Shown piece by piece: positions 36,397 through 49,500 of a stretch of DNA of 61,169 bases. The DNA is from a virus. Its lineage: Duplodnaviria; Caudoviricetes. The position numbers were made by a program, and so were the translations under genes. The notes under the pieces were generated by a model. It did no database searches. It had not been told where the DNA came from and saw only the letters and a list, made by a program, of their open reading frames with translations. Where the stretch lies: positions 1-61,169 of IMG/VR virus record IMGVR_UViG_3300031227_000040. One strand, 5' to 3'. The number at the start of each line of letters is the position of its first letter. Position 1 is the first letter of the stretch.

Positions 36397-36851
36397 TAAA
36401 TTCATTAGTATTACCTAGTGAACCTAGGGCCGCTTTCTTTAGACAATATTTAAAAATACAGGGGGTAAATGTAATTAAGGAGTCTTCTAGTAAGAGACCA
36501 AACGTATTACATATTTTTAGCAGAAATCCTAAAGCGATTCTTAGAATGTATAAAATCTTTAAGCCTGACTTATTGGTTCTACATCAAGTTCATTACCCTA
36601 GGATTGCTTATAATCTTCCATATGTTTATTTCCCCCTAAAGAATAAAGAAGATTTTTATAAAAACATAGTAGCCTATACTAACAATATCTCTTTAACTAA
36701 TCTTTACTTGAATAAGATAAATGTTCAATACACAATTAAATTCTTTACTAGTGAGGCTTCTTTTAAAAAGAAAGTCTTCTCTATATTTAGAAAGTCTAGT
36801 AAGATGAAAACCAGGTTAAGAGATTTAAAGACTAAGTTAATGCTGGATTAA
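36378..36851 (+). CDS. basic hypothetical protein
   Basis: Packed ORF. Confidence 0.55.
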   Translation: MEINFMINSLVLPSEPRAAFFRQYLKIQGVNVIKESSSKRPNVLHIFSRNPKAILRMYKIFKPDLLVLHQVHYPRIAYNLPYVYFPLKNKEDFYKNIVAYTNNISLTNLYLNKINVQYTIKFFTSEASFKKKVFSIFRKSSKMKTRLRDLKTKLMLD

Positions 36852-37534
36852 TGAGAGGCGCGTATGAAATCCTAATCTATATTGATGAAGATAGATATCC
36901 TGTAAGGAAGATGATTCAAACTTTTAAGAGTATACGTTACTTTCTTTCAAAGGGTAGAGCTCCTAAACATTTTAGATCATGGGGATTTCCATCAGTCTCA
37001 ATCTTGTTTAAGAATCCTAGTACTAAGAGGTTCATGAACATAAGAATGTATTACAAGTTTTATCCATGGTGGACTAGGATTTATTTTGGGGTTACTCCTT
37101 CTGAGTTCTTAAAGAATCGATTAGTAAGTCCACATACAAAAGCACTTTTAATTATACAAGCTCCTATAAAGTTTGGAGCGACTAATCAAGCTAGTCTTAT
37201 TAGATCAGCAAGATTCTTTGCCTCTGTAGTTTATCCTTTATATTCTAAGCAATGGAAATCTGCGGTAGCTAAGTATCCTGGGTTATTAGCTGTTCATAAT
37301 AAGACAAGGATTAGTGAGGGGGATTTTCAAACAGTTGGGAAAAGACTTAGTAAAGTCTGTCCATATTTCCAATCTGATTTCCGGAAATTATTTCCGAAAA
37401 AGAACTGGAAATGTTTTGCAATAAGAAGAAAAGGTTTGCATAATTTACAACATTATCCTGATGGCAGGATCGGGCCATCAGATAAGAATATAAGATTCAG
37501 AGTGTTACTTGATAATTTATATGACTCTTTATAA
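36851..37534 (+). CDS. basic hypothetical protein
   Basis: Packed ORF with TAATG overlap. Confidence 0.55.
   Translation: MRGAYEILIYIDEDRYPVRKMIQTFKSIRYFLSKGRAPKHFRSWGFPSVSILFKNPSTKRFMNIRMYYKFYPWWTRIYFGVTPSEFLKNRLVSPHTKALLIIQAPIKFGATNQASLIRSARFFASVVYPLYSKQWKSAVAKYPGLLAVHNKTRISEGDFQTVGKRLSKVCPYFQSDFRKLFPKKNWKCFAIRRKGLHNLQHYPDGRIGPSDKNIRFRVLLDNLYDSL
37382..37396. promoter_or_regulatory. 15-bp palindrome CGGAAATWATTTCCG, copy 3
   Basis: The 19-mer TTCCGGAAATTATTTCCGA is identical to copy 1; ~125 bp upstream of the giant ORF. Confidence 0.4.
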
Positions 37535-40500
37535 TCTATTTAAACAGCAAAGTTTACAACTCCCATCAGTATCAGAACGTAAGAAACTATATTCAGGATA
37601 TAAGCTGGGAGAGGATTATGTAGGTTCAGCTGAACAAAATATTAACTTAACCAAAGCTATTGAAAAAGATGTGCGAGCTTTTGATTCTTTTGTTAAGTCA
37701 TTAAAAACTCCTAAGGCTGTTGAGCCTAAGGAAGATATATTTAAAAAGGAACCGGTATTAGAAAGATCAGATCCTTTTGAGACAAGAGAATTAACTGTTG
37801 GTAAGACAGTTGGTGATTGGTTAAAGGAAAATAAAATAGAGTTTGAGGACTTTCAAAAGTTAAATCCAGCGTATAAGACACCGGATTTTAAGGTTGAGAG
37901 TCCTTTTAAAGTTAGAGTTGTTAAAGCTCCTAAGTTTTTAAAGGATTATCCTGAGCTAACAAATAGAACTGGGATGTCTATTGCACCAATTAAAATGATA
38001 AAGGAACCTTCTGAACTAGAGAAGATGATAAAGCAGACAATCCCTAATCTTTTAAAGGAAGGTATTAGAAAAATTCCTAAGCTTTTTGTTGGAGATAAAA
38101 ATATCTTTCCTCAGATAACTAGTGAGATAGCTAAAGGAATAAAGCAAACTAAAGAATTCTATAAGCAAAAAGATATTGAAAAGAAACTAGCTGATAAAAG
38201 TAAAGCTAAAAGTATTAGTTGGAATCCTAAGTCTATTTTAAAGTCTTTAATTTTACTTACTCAACCGGTAGCTCTTATAGAAAGAAGAGCAGATAAGAAA
38301 AAAGTTGAACTAGAAAAGAAAGAAGTTCAAACTTTAATTCCTACTATTAAAGATATTATAAGTGGAGACTCAAAGGTAGATATTAGTCGTAAAGAACAAT
38401 TAATACTGATTCAACCTAAAGAAGATAATCTTGGAGTCGAAGGAAATGCTGCTAGGTTAAAGAGATCTTTAAAAGAAACTGCTGACTTAAAGGAGGATTT
38501 TCTCCAAAAGAATATCACCTTAGTTTCTAGAGGAGATGAGATCACTGGGTTTACAGATGAGAAAGGAAAATATGAAGACTTCTATGAGTTAGATAAAGAT
38601 GTTAAAGAAGCAGAAGCGATGAAGGTAGAGGTAGAAGCACTTACTCAAAAGATAGGAGGGAATACTGCTAAGCTTCAGACTAACTCCGATGAATCTCTTA
38701 AGTGGCAAACTGAAATGTTTAACAATCTTGAGGAACGAACTGAAGTTATCTTCAGTATTATTTCAGATCCTGATATAATTAAAGACCCTTCCTTACTTGC
38801 TAAAATCTTTTCAATTTTCCCCTCACGTTCTAGCTTCATGTTAGGAGTTACTAAGGCCCCCGAAGAAACATTAATTCAAACTCCAGAGGTTAAAGAACTT
38901 ATCTCTGAGCTGGAAGGATTATATACTGAAAGAATGAAAGAGATTTTAGATGTTGCTTCTAGTGTCCAAGCTGGAGATGAAGCTGCTTCCACAAAATTCT
39001 GGGAGGGTCTTACAGAAAAGGAAATGGAAAATCTTGAAAGAGTAATGACTCTCAATAGATTGATTGGAGAGAAGGATGATTCAACTAAGATCCAAAAGAC
39101 ATGGGAACTAATGGAAGATCCTTATTTTCAGAAAGCCCTTTTAGATAGTTATGAATATCTTTCTGAAGAACAGAAAAAATTCTTAAAGCCTATAGTTGAA
39201 GTAGCTAGGTTAAATGCTGAGAGAGTTATTTTATGGCCACTAGTAAATAAAGAACTAGAATCTCAATCAGAAGAAGTAAAGAATTTGATAACTGAATATC
39301 AAAGTTTAATTGATAGTATTAATAGAAGGGTTGTAGTTCTTGGAGATCCTTCAGTCTCTGGGACTCTTGCTCATAATCTAGTTGAACTTAGTGAGACTGG
39401 TCAAGATTATTATAGAAGTATAAAACTATCTGAATTAAAGAGTGAAGCTGATAGATCAGAATTTCTAGAGACCTATGAGAGAGCTAGAACTTTTAAATCT
39501 ATGGCTAAAGCTAGAATGAATTTTCTACTTGGCCTTGGGAAAAAAACTGAGTGGCAACCTTGGAAAGCTTATAAGCAATCTTTATTCCCTGGAGGTTTTC
39601 AAACTTACTTAAGAGAAGGTGGAATTGGAATGGATCTTCCTCGCATAGTTAGTATCCCAATTTATCATGCTGCTAAATTTGGTTGGAAGACAATGATAAA
39701 AATGTGGGATACTGGTTTAGCTGCTGTCAGTACAGGAATTATAGCTGCTTTAGATATTACTTCTTCAGGATTCAAAGCTATTATAGAGAACCTTGGAGCT
39801 TTGTATGGGTATGAAGAGAAAGATGTTATTAATCAAACTACATTAGGGGAGTATCCATTTAAGGAAGATAATTTTCTTAGTAAGATGTGGAATGTTGCTT
39901 CTTTTAATGTATTCAATTTACCTGATGCTTCTAGATATAGTGATATCAAATCTATCCCAGTTGGAGAAAGATTTCTTCCTGAGAATATAGGTAAGTGGGT
40001 TGATTTTAAAAGAGGTGGATATATTCCACAAGTTTTTGCTTCTCAATATCATCCTCGTGCTTATGAAAAAAAGTTGATTGTTGAAACTTCTAAACCATTT
40101 GATCATCTTCCTAAAGAATTTATGGGAGTAAGAGAGGAATTTTTACAGTTAAATGGTTTAACTGAAAATTCAGTTTTAAAAATGGGACAAAGAATTATGG
40201 TTCCTACAGAGGCTTTTGTTTCTCCACGTAATTTACTTGATCCTAAGTTAGTAAACAAATTAGAGCAATCTCTTAATGGTAGATTAAGTTTGTTAGCTTT
40301 TGATTTTCTTGGATGGGTTAAGTTAGATCCACTTACAGTTTTTTGGAGTGGTATTGGTTCCACTTCTAAATCGATAATGAAACATATTTCCCCTAAGTAT
40401 GCTAAGCAATTAAAGACTAGGAAGGATCTGTTAGCTTTTTCTAAACAGTATTCTAAGTCTACTGATATCGCTGAGGATTTAGCTAGCTTTATTACAGGAG

Positions 40501-43500
40501 ATGCTGTAGCAGAAGGATTTTTAAAGGCAACCTTCCCGGGAATGATAGAAGCCAGAAAAGCTTTAACCAGCGTTAGAGTTCTTGATAATTTAGATCCACG
40601 AATTTTAAACCAAATAGAAAAGCTTTCACAAAAAGGAGAACTTTGGAGAAGTGGATTCTTCTCTAAGACTTTTCTTGATGATGTAAAAGGTAAGATTGGA
40701 AAAGAAAAGTTTAAAGTTTTTAAAGAAGGTTTAGAAGGATTAATGTTAAAAGGTAAACTTCCTGAAGCTACTAATAATATTGTATGGGAAGTGTTGAATC
40801 AATATGGTGGTGATGGATTTAAAATGATACAGAAAATAATTAAGGGTACTCCAAAAACATTTACAAATGAATTAGGGAAATTAGTAAAGAGTTATCACAC
40901 TGCTGAGATGAGACAATACGTACTACGTAAAAATTTAGATGATGCTTTAAAAGGATTAGCTCCATCTGAAAGAAATGCTGTATTAACTCTTTCTCAAAAA
41001 ACTCCTGCTCAAATTACATTAGAGCTTTCTCGAATGAAAAAGCTTGGAAAAGGAATCTCTTTTAAGGGTAAGTTATTTCAGAGAGCTGAGTTTAATAGTA
41101 AATCAATTGAGAAAATTAAAAGGGCTGTTGCTGAAACTAAAAAGAATCTATCTGAGATTGAGAGTATAATCTTAAAAGGTGACTCTATTATTAAATTACC
41201 AAATGGAAGTAAGATTGTATTTAAATTTAAGGATGGGGGAAAGAACTATTATGATCCGATCAGTAAAGTTTTTGTAATTGAGAAGCCAGGAAACATGGGA
41301 GTTAGTGGAGTCCTTAATGATTTCTATAGTCAGGTTGGAAAACAAGCAACTAAATATTTAGATAATACTACTGCTTATTTCTCTGAGTCAACTCTTTTAA
41401 AAAGATATTACCTCTCTTATGAAGATATTGTAAAGGAGATTAAGAATGGGAATATTGGACTAGGCCATAGATTAACTGATACTCTAGTTAAGTTTAATGG
41501 TGAGGAAATAAAGCTAAAGAAATTCCTAGCAGAAATTAAACAATTAGCTAAAGAAGAGCCTGGTCTTCCTTTTAAAGAGAGAGCATGGAAAAAGATTAGT
41601 AAGAATTTACCCAATGAGGGGAGCTTTTCATCTAAGAAATGGAGTTTTGAAATTCCAGTTAATACTAAAAATTCCTCCTCAGTAGTTGAAGCGATGTTAA
41701 AACATATTAAGTTTGATGTTCTAACCAATAATAAATGGGAAGGAATGAGTGGGAGTGAGTTTAGAACTATGTTAGAAAAAGTTGCTAAGATAGATAATGC
41801 TTTCATTCCTACTACTGTAAGTAAAACAGTTTATACTACTCTTCCTTTTCAGTATGGACAAGCTAGTAAGGCTCTTAAGGGCTATTCAGCCTGGGGAGAG
41901 ATGCCAACTAGGCAAGCCATGCAGAAACTTTTAAAGGAAGAATCTAAAAAGATAATCAAGGTTACTGATCCTAAAGACTTTAGAGCTTATTTTGAAGAGG
42001 CTATGAGTCTATACTTTATGAAGAAGTATGATCCTACATCTTATGTTAAATATAAGAGTGATATTTTTCAGATGTTTGAGAATCTTACTCCTCAAAAATT
42101 AAATCAGTATTTAAATTCTCATCAAAAGATTGCTTTAATGATCTTTAATAATGAGAAGAAAGGTATTCAATCTTTACCCCCTTCACTTATTTCTTTATTA
42201 GAAAAGTTTACTGGCAATGCTGATGATGTTAAGAATGCATTAACTAAGTTTTTAAAAGGAAGAATAGAGGCTGAGAAGATTCAGATATTAAAAGCTGAAA
42301 AGATTAGAAAGTTAAATGATTTTAGAGTTGGTAAGATAAGGAATCCAGAAGCTGAATGGCAACTATATAAAAAGAAGTGGTCCCTTGACCTAGCAATTAA
42401 TCCTAAGAGTGAAGAATTTTCTGTTCTCCATGATATTTTAAAAGAAGCTCCTATCTTGAATTTTAAAAAGACTCCTTATTTAGTTCCTAAGAAATGGATT
42501 ACTAGAGCTGAAGATAATTACTACTTAAGAAGAGGGAGATCTGTTGCTGAACATGAAGCTTTATTCTTAGATATTCAACAAGGTGGAAGACAAAAGCTTG
42601 CTCAAATCTTATCTAAGAAGATTCCAAAGACAAAAAGAATTGTAATCATGGAAGATTTAAGTAAGTCTATTAAGAATGTTAAAGCTCAAACCTATACGTA
42701 TTTACCTTCTAATACTAGAAAAGAAATAGATAAAGAAGTTGAAAGAATAGTTTCTAAACTTGGAAGAGAAGGTTACTTCGTGATTCCAGAAAGTCATAAG
42801 CTGTCTAAGTATGCTTATAATAAGATGTCTGAAGTTTTGCCTCCTGGCAAAGTAAGCTTACTTAAAAGACATGGAGCAGGGAAAGATAGATTTGCAATGA
42901 GTGAAGCTAAGGCCGTTAATACACTAAAGGAACTAGGTCAGTATGAAAATTATACAATGTGGGGGGCAATTTCTGAGAAAGATATTTTTGAATTCTGGAG
43001 CAGAGTTCCTGAATATATTCCTAGGTTTAAATACTATCATGGTACAGGTAAAAAGTTTACTGCTCCTATTGAAGGAATGAAAACAAAGGGAACCTTTACC
43101 TGGATGCCTGATCTCAGAGCAAAGAATTTAGATTTCAGAAGAGAGATACTTCCTTTTATAAAAAAGAGAAAGAATACAAATGCTAAGTTATTGGCAGAAT
43201 TTATTTCTTCTCCTACTGGAGCTGTAGATGATCTTTCTGTTTCTGCAATTGCTCAAGCTGTAGAAGTCTTAGAAAATAAGAAAAGAATTTTAAATGGAAT
43301 TTTCGACTCTAAGAGTTTCTATATTCAAAAATCTAAGAGTGGAAAGAAACTAATAAACTTTAAAGGAAAAGGAAAACTTGATGATCTAGACTTGGATTCT
43401 ATTATCTATTTTTCAAATGGTAAGACTGTTGGGAATATTTCTGATTCAATTAGGAAGAGAGCAAAGAAGTTTATCTATGAACAGAAGTATTTAGATAGAT

Positions 43501-46500
43501 TAGATGATGCGCAGTGGCCGGCCAACTTAACTCTTGGAGATGTGAGAGCTGATTTACGTCAAGCATTTAATCTACATAAGTATTCTGATAGAGATCAATT
43601 TGCAAAAGTCTTTAAAGAAGTTTTAAATTCTAAGGGGAAAAATGATTCAGCTATCAAGAAGTTAATACGACAAATGAAACTAGACGATCTTATTGAGCTC
43701 CCAAAGATGGAAAGAGATTTCTATGTTCTTATGTCTGATTTAAATGAAGCAGCTCAACGTGGAAATTTTCTTTCAGTATTAAGAAGTGAAGCGGATGATG
43801 CTTATAATAATTTAAATAATTTAAAAGTTGCTTTAAAAAGATTAAAGAAACTAGATAAGCAAGGTAATAAATATATCTATTCAGTTAAGCATCCTAGTAT
43901 TGAGGGAGAAACAGCAACTATAATGAAAGCTTATTTTGATAAAGGTACCGGGACTTTAAAGAAGATAGAGAAAGAACTTCCAAAAACTGGAGGCTTGAAT
44001 AATTTTTCAAATAAGTTTATTGCTTCTAAGATTGAACTTAAGAAGGTTGAAGGTTCAGTCCAGGTTAAAGTTAAAGATGCAATAACAAAATTAAAAAGTA
44101 ACATAACTTCATTAGAAGAATATGTTCCTAGAGTTGAGAGTATGAATAAAGTCTTTAGTATGTTTGATTTTGATTCATTTAAAATTAGAAACGTAGATGA
44201 TTTCATAGATGCTATCTGGGATATTTCTAGAAGTACTCCTTCTGAGAAAGCTCTTGCTTTAATTGGTGATTGGCGTGGTAAAGGAATTAAGAAGGCTCAG
44301 GGGGCTGGTAGGCTTGAATACAAGCACGTAGATGTTGAAAAGGTTAAGTTAGTTGATGCTAAGATCAAACCTTTACTTACAAAAGATGTTACTAAATTTA
44401 TAGAACTTCATCAAATTACTGCTCCTAAGTTTATAATAACAGATAAAAGTACTCAGGTTTCCTTAGACATATTAAAATCATTAAAAGAAGTTAAAGCAGA
44501 TTTAGTTATCTTTGTTGATTTAAAAGTACCTAAGAATGTTCTGGATAAAATAAAAAGAAAAGCTATTATTGATTCTTCTAAATTCTTTCCTGCTAAGTCT
44601 TTAATAGCAAATAAAGAAGAGGTTGCTCTAGCTAGAAGAGTTCGTGATGCTTTTTATAAGAACCAACGTGTAGTAATTATAGGGGGAAAAGCTAAGAAGG
44701 TTAAAGAGAGATTGATAGATTTATTCCCCCCTGTAGAAGCTGAAGCTTATAAGGGACTCTTTCATATAGATAGAATGCCTAAGATAAGAAAGAAAAAATA
44801 TCCTGGTCCAACATATTTAAAAAGAAAAGGAAAGACTCCAATTCAAACAGGAATGGATAAGGAGGCTAAAGAGATTTATTCAAAAACTATTCCTTCTAAA
44901 TCATTAGCTGATTGGGATAATTACTTAAAGAAACCTTCAGTACCACGTTTGGTTGAAGAAATTCCTGCAGAAAGAACCAGGAGAATAACTGATATTATTT
45001 TAGATAAGCTAGAAGATTCAATAGAACAGTCTCCTGATTTTAAAGAGTTCTGGATTAAGAAAGTAAAGAGGGTAATAGGTTCTAAAGTAAAACAAGTTAA
45101 AGTAAAGTTACCTGAGATTATAAACTTTAATGATGTTGAGAATCTTAAGTTGTTAGATGATGCTGGTATTAAATTATATGTTGCTAAGACTGATACTCTA
45201 AGGATGGAATCTCTCTTACAGTTAAAGAAAGAAAAGATTTCAATTAGACTGATTTCAGAAGCTGATGCTCTTAAGTTAAAGTATTCTTATGCTAAAGGAG
45301 TTACTGGGAAAACTGAACTTTATGAACGTCTTGATTTCTTTAAGAGGAAAATTCATTCAGAGATTAAATCAGATGTTAGAAATTTCTTTAAAGAGTATAA
45401 GAAAATAATTCCATTCTCCACTGTGAGTATGGGAGATCTTAGAAAGAATACTTATGAATGGCTAACTTCTGTTTATAAAAGTAAGGGGAATAAAGCATTA
45501 ATTAAAGAGTGGAAAGAAACTGCAGTTAAGATGAGAAAGACTTATGAGGAACAGTTACGTGCAATTATCATTAAAGAGTTTGGTACTCTAAATAATAAAG
45601 CAGCAAGACATATCTTTACTAGAAAGCTATCAAAGTTTGATGAGCTAATTAAAATGGCAGAGGAGTTAAAGCTTGGGTTTGGTGCTCCAACTAAAATAGG
45701 ATTTGTTTCATTAATCTCAAAGCTTAGAGCCGGACTTAGTACAGCTTTTAATTGGATAATTAAAAAGTCTGAAGGCCCTCTTTCTTTAGGAGAAGAGGGA
45801 ATGTTGTATACTATAAAAGGATTAGACATGGGACTTAAAGCAACAGGACAGGTTGTTAGTGGTTCATTTAGAGCATTAAGAACCTTTTGGATATGGAATG
45901 TATTGTTCTTAAGACCGGCTTGGCATATAAATAATCAATTGGGAGATACTCTTCGTGGGACTATGGTTTCTAAACAAGTTCGTTATATGATGGATTCGTT
46001 TAGGACTTATGGATTAATTTCTGCCTCCTATCTTTCTTTCTTAGGCAGAGATATTAAATCTTTAGTCTGGCCATTGTATAGATATTTCCTTCCAGCTAAG
46101 GTAAGAAAGTATATTAAGGTTACAGATCCATTAGTTAAGACTAAAAAACAAATACTTAAACAGTTAAACTTAACTCTTAGACCTAATACAGCTAAGAATA
46201 CTTATGCTTTAAAGAAGATTTTAAGTCAGTATGAAGTTACATTTAACCCTAGGACTATTAAATTGATGAATACTAAGGGCCCTCAGGGATGGACTTCTAA
46301 GAAACTCTTTAAAGATATGACCAGTCCTAAGTACTGGCAAAGAAATTATAAGATTCCTATGTCTACTGTTAATCAAAGTACTCATATGGGTTTGCTTACT
46401 GCTTTAGAAGATCCTATATTAGGAGCTAAGATGTGGAAGTTAATGAAAGAAACTGGGATTGGAAGTGCCTTAAGAAAGCGTGGAGCTTTAATGAAACTTG

Positions 46501-49500
46501 ATTTAGTTTTGTTTGCAAATATGAATGAGAAGATGAGAAGATTGTTATTGCTTGATAATCTAATGAAGACCAAAGCAATGTCTTTAGCTAAAGCATCTAT
46601 GAAGGTTCGTTCTTATCTCTTTGACTATTCCCATTTATCTAGAGCAGAAAGAGTATTCAGATTAGTCTGTCCTTTCTGGTCTTTCTCACGATTTAGTTTT
46701 GAGTTATATTCTAAAATGCTTTTAGAAATGGGTTCTAAGTTTTATTGGGCCGGACAGTTTTTTATAAAGTCTTTAGAAGAAGCATCAGCAGGTTTACCTG
46801 AGCAATTTAAAAATAGAGTTAAGATTCCATTTACAGATAGCTTTGCTTATCTTCCTTTTGGTATCATAGACTATTGGAGTTTTCTAGCAAATCCCCGTGA
46901 AGAGTTGATGCGATTTATAGACAACCCTCAACAGTTACCTTTTGGTTTAGGGTGGGACCCAGGATTAGCTTTACTCTTGAAAAATCTTACGGGGAAAAAA
47001 TGGTATCAAACTTCTAGAATTTTAAAGGATCATACTGGCTGGACAGATGAAGAAGTTAAAGCAGAGATGGAGAGAGATAATGTTCCTAACATAAATATGA
47101 CTATTGATTTTCCAACCATGCTTACTTCTTTTATACCAGTTATGGATTTAGCTGGAGTAATTTTCCCCTCCTTATTTAAAGTAGATCAAGCAACTGTAGG
47201 GGATGAATTATCTTTAATAGGTTCCAAACCAATTAGATCAGCATTTAAATTCTTTGGTTTTAATATAATGAAAGCAGAACCATGGATGGAATTTTCTGCT
47301 ATTTATGATAGAACTGCTCCTCATCTTAGACCGTTTTTAATAGAGCAGACTAAGAAAGAAGGTACTGGAATCTACGAAGCATGGGAGAATATGATTGCTA
47401 AGAGTCATATGATTAAAATGTTGAATGCTAGAACCAAAGATGAGAAAGATAAAGCTGCTCATGATATGGAGAAGTTTATTGTAGTCTCTAAGTTTTACGA
47501 GTTAGAAGAAAAACAAAAAGGTTTAGGAGATAGATGGATAGAATTTAAAGCTAGGGAAGGAAACTTAACACCTAAGGCCTTAATGAAAGAGCATTGGGAT
47601 TATGACATTGATGATAGTTCTTATAGAAGAGAACAGAAAGCTAAGTTTGAAAAGATAAAAGCTAAGTCTATTTTAAAACTAGTGGAGAAAGAATACGTGG
47701 CTAAAATTTCTCCTACTACTGAAGCTGTTCTTGATGTTCTTAATATTCCTCATCCAGATGTTGGTTTTGCAGAAGTATTTGAAACAGAAGTTTTTGATCA
47801 GTATGGAACCCCTAGGTTTGATACTGTTGAGGAAGCTATTGAAAAGATTAAGGAGCTTAAGGAAAGATATAGCGTTCCAAATTTAATCCCCCAAGAGATT
47901 AGAAGGAGAATGGATAAGGAAACATTAGAGTGGAAGGCTAGAAGTTGGGAGGCTAAAGAGTTAAAGAAGATAGATGATTCTAAATATTATGCGAAGATGA
48001 GTGTAGCTTACTCATATATTCCTGAGAATGTTGAGACCCTATCAGCTGAAGCTCAACGTTTAGCTTTTGCTAAGCGTGATGCTTATATTGTTAAGATGCC
48101 GGTTGAGTATCAGAAGAGATGGAAAGAATCTCAGCCAGAATATATTATTCAGTTTAGAGAACTTCTCAATACTGCTTATGAAAAGATAGGAGGAATTTAT
48201 GCCTCAACACAAGAAGATCCTTATAACAAAAATTACTATGTAGAGTTCCAAAAACTTCCTCAATGGATTCGGAATGTTCATTTTGTTTATCATCCTGAAG
48301 ATATTAATGTCATTCCATTTAAAGCAAAGTTATTTGAATTCTTCCAGGAAGATAGAGCCCAGCATTTAAAAGGTTATAGTTCTAACTTAAGGAATGATTA
48401 TTATTTTTCAAATGATTCTTTAGCAGTAAAAGCAAGACAGGACATGGATGCAGAAGAGTTAGCATTCCAGAAACTTAAAGGAGAATTAAGTACTAAGATT
48501 GATCAAAGCTATAAGTCCGGGTCATTGGTTGGATACTATACTCTGTTTTCAACAATGCCAAAGACATGGCAAGATCATTACTGGGAACTCCAGGAAAACT
48601 CAGTTAAGAGTGGTTGGATGAAACAGGAGGATTATGATCTTTCTAAGGAGTGGTTTGAATTTAATTCTAAAGTTGAAAAGGCTAGGATTCAAGATAATGA
48701 AAATCTTAAGAATGGAATTTTTTCTTCCTTAGAAGAAAAAGTCTGGAGTGATTCTAAGTGGGATAAGGTTAAAGCTTGGTATGAAAAGAATGAAATGAAT
48801 AAAGGATACGTAGAATATTCTAAGCTTAAATTTAAATTCAATAAGGAAACTAAAGAGGAAGGTCCCCAGAATTATTATAAGTTTATAAATGAATTACCTG
48901 GAGAAGCTAAGTGGTATTACTATCGTCACCACCTTGATTCTATTAAGTATATAGATTTTATGGCTGAGTATACTGACCTTCTTGTTAATGAAGATAATAC
49001 AGATGCTTCTGATTTCCTCTGGGATGAAAAGAATAAGGTAGCTAGAGAAGCTTTCTTCTCATCTCATCCTAATGAAAAGTATTACATAGAATATAGAGAG
49101 CGAATTTTCGCCCTGTCTAAAGATGCGGGGGAATATTATGATTTAATTTTAAATGCCCCCCAGAGATTTCAAGATATTTATTTCCGTAAACATCCTTTAG
49201 CTAAGTTATATTTAAAAGAAGTTCAAAGATATTTTAAAGCAATTACTCTTGATACTGAGAACAAGAGTAAAGGAATTAAAAGCAAAGAAGCTAAAGAAGT
49301 TTTTGAAAGCAAGAGTTTTCAGAAAGCTCTTAAGGTTTGGGATAGGGTTGATAGTGGAGTCTTTGCTTACTATACCGGGTGGTATGAAATTTCTAAACAA
49401 GTTGATGAGAAAGGTATTGATAAATGGGGAGAAATCTATGAAGACTATATTGCTACTCATCCTGCTTTTAGAAAGCAACTTGAAAAAAGACAACCAGAAA

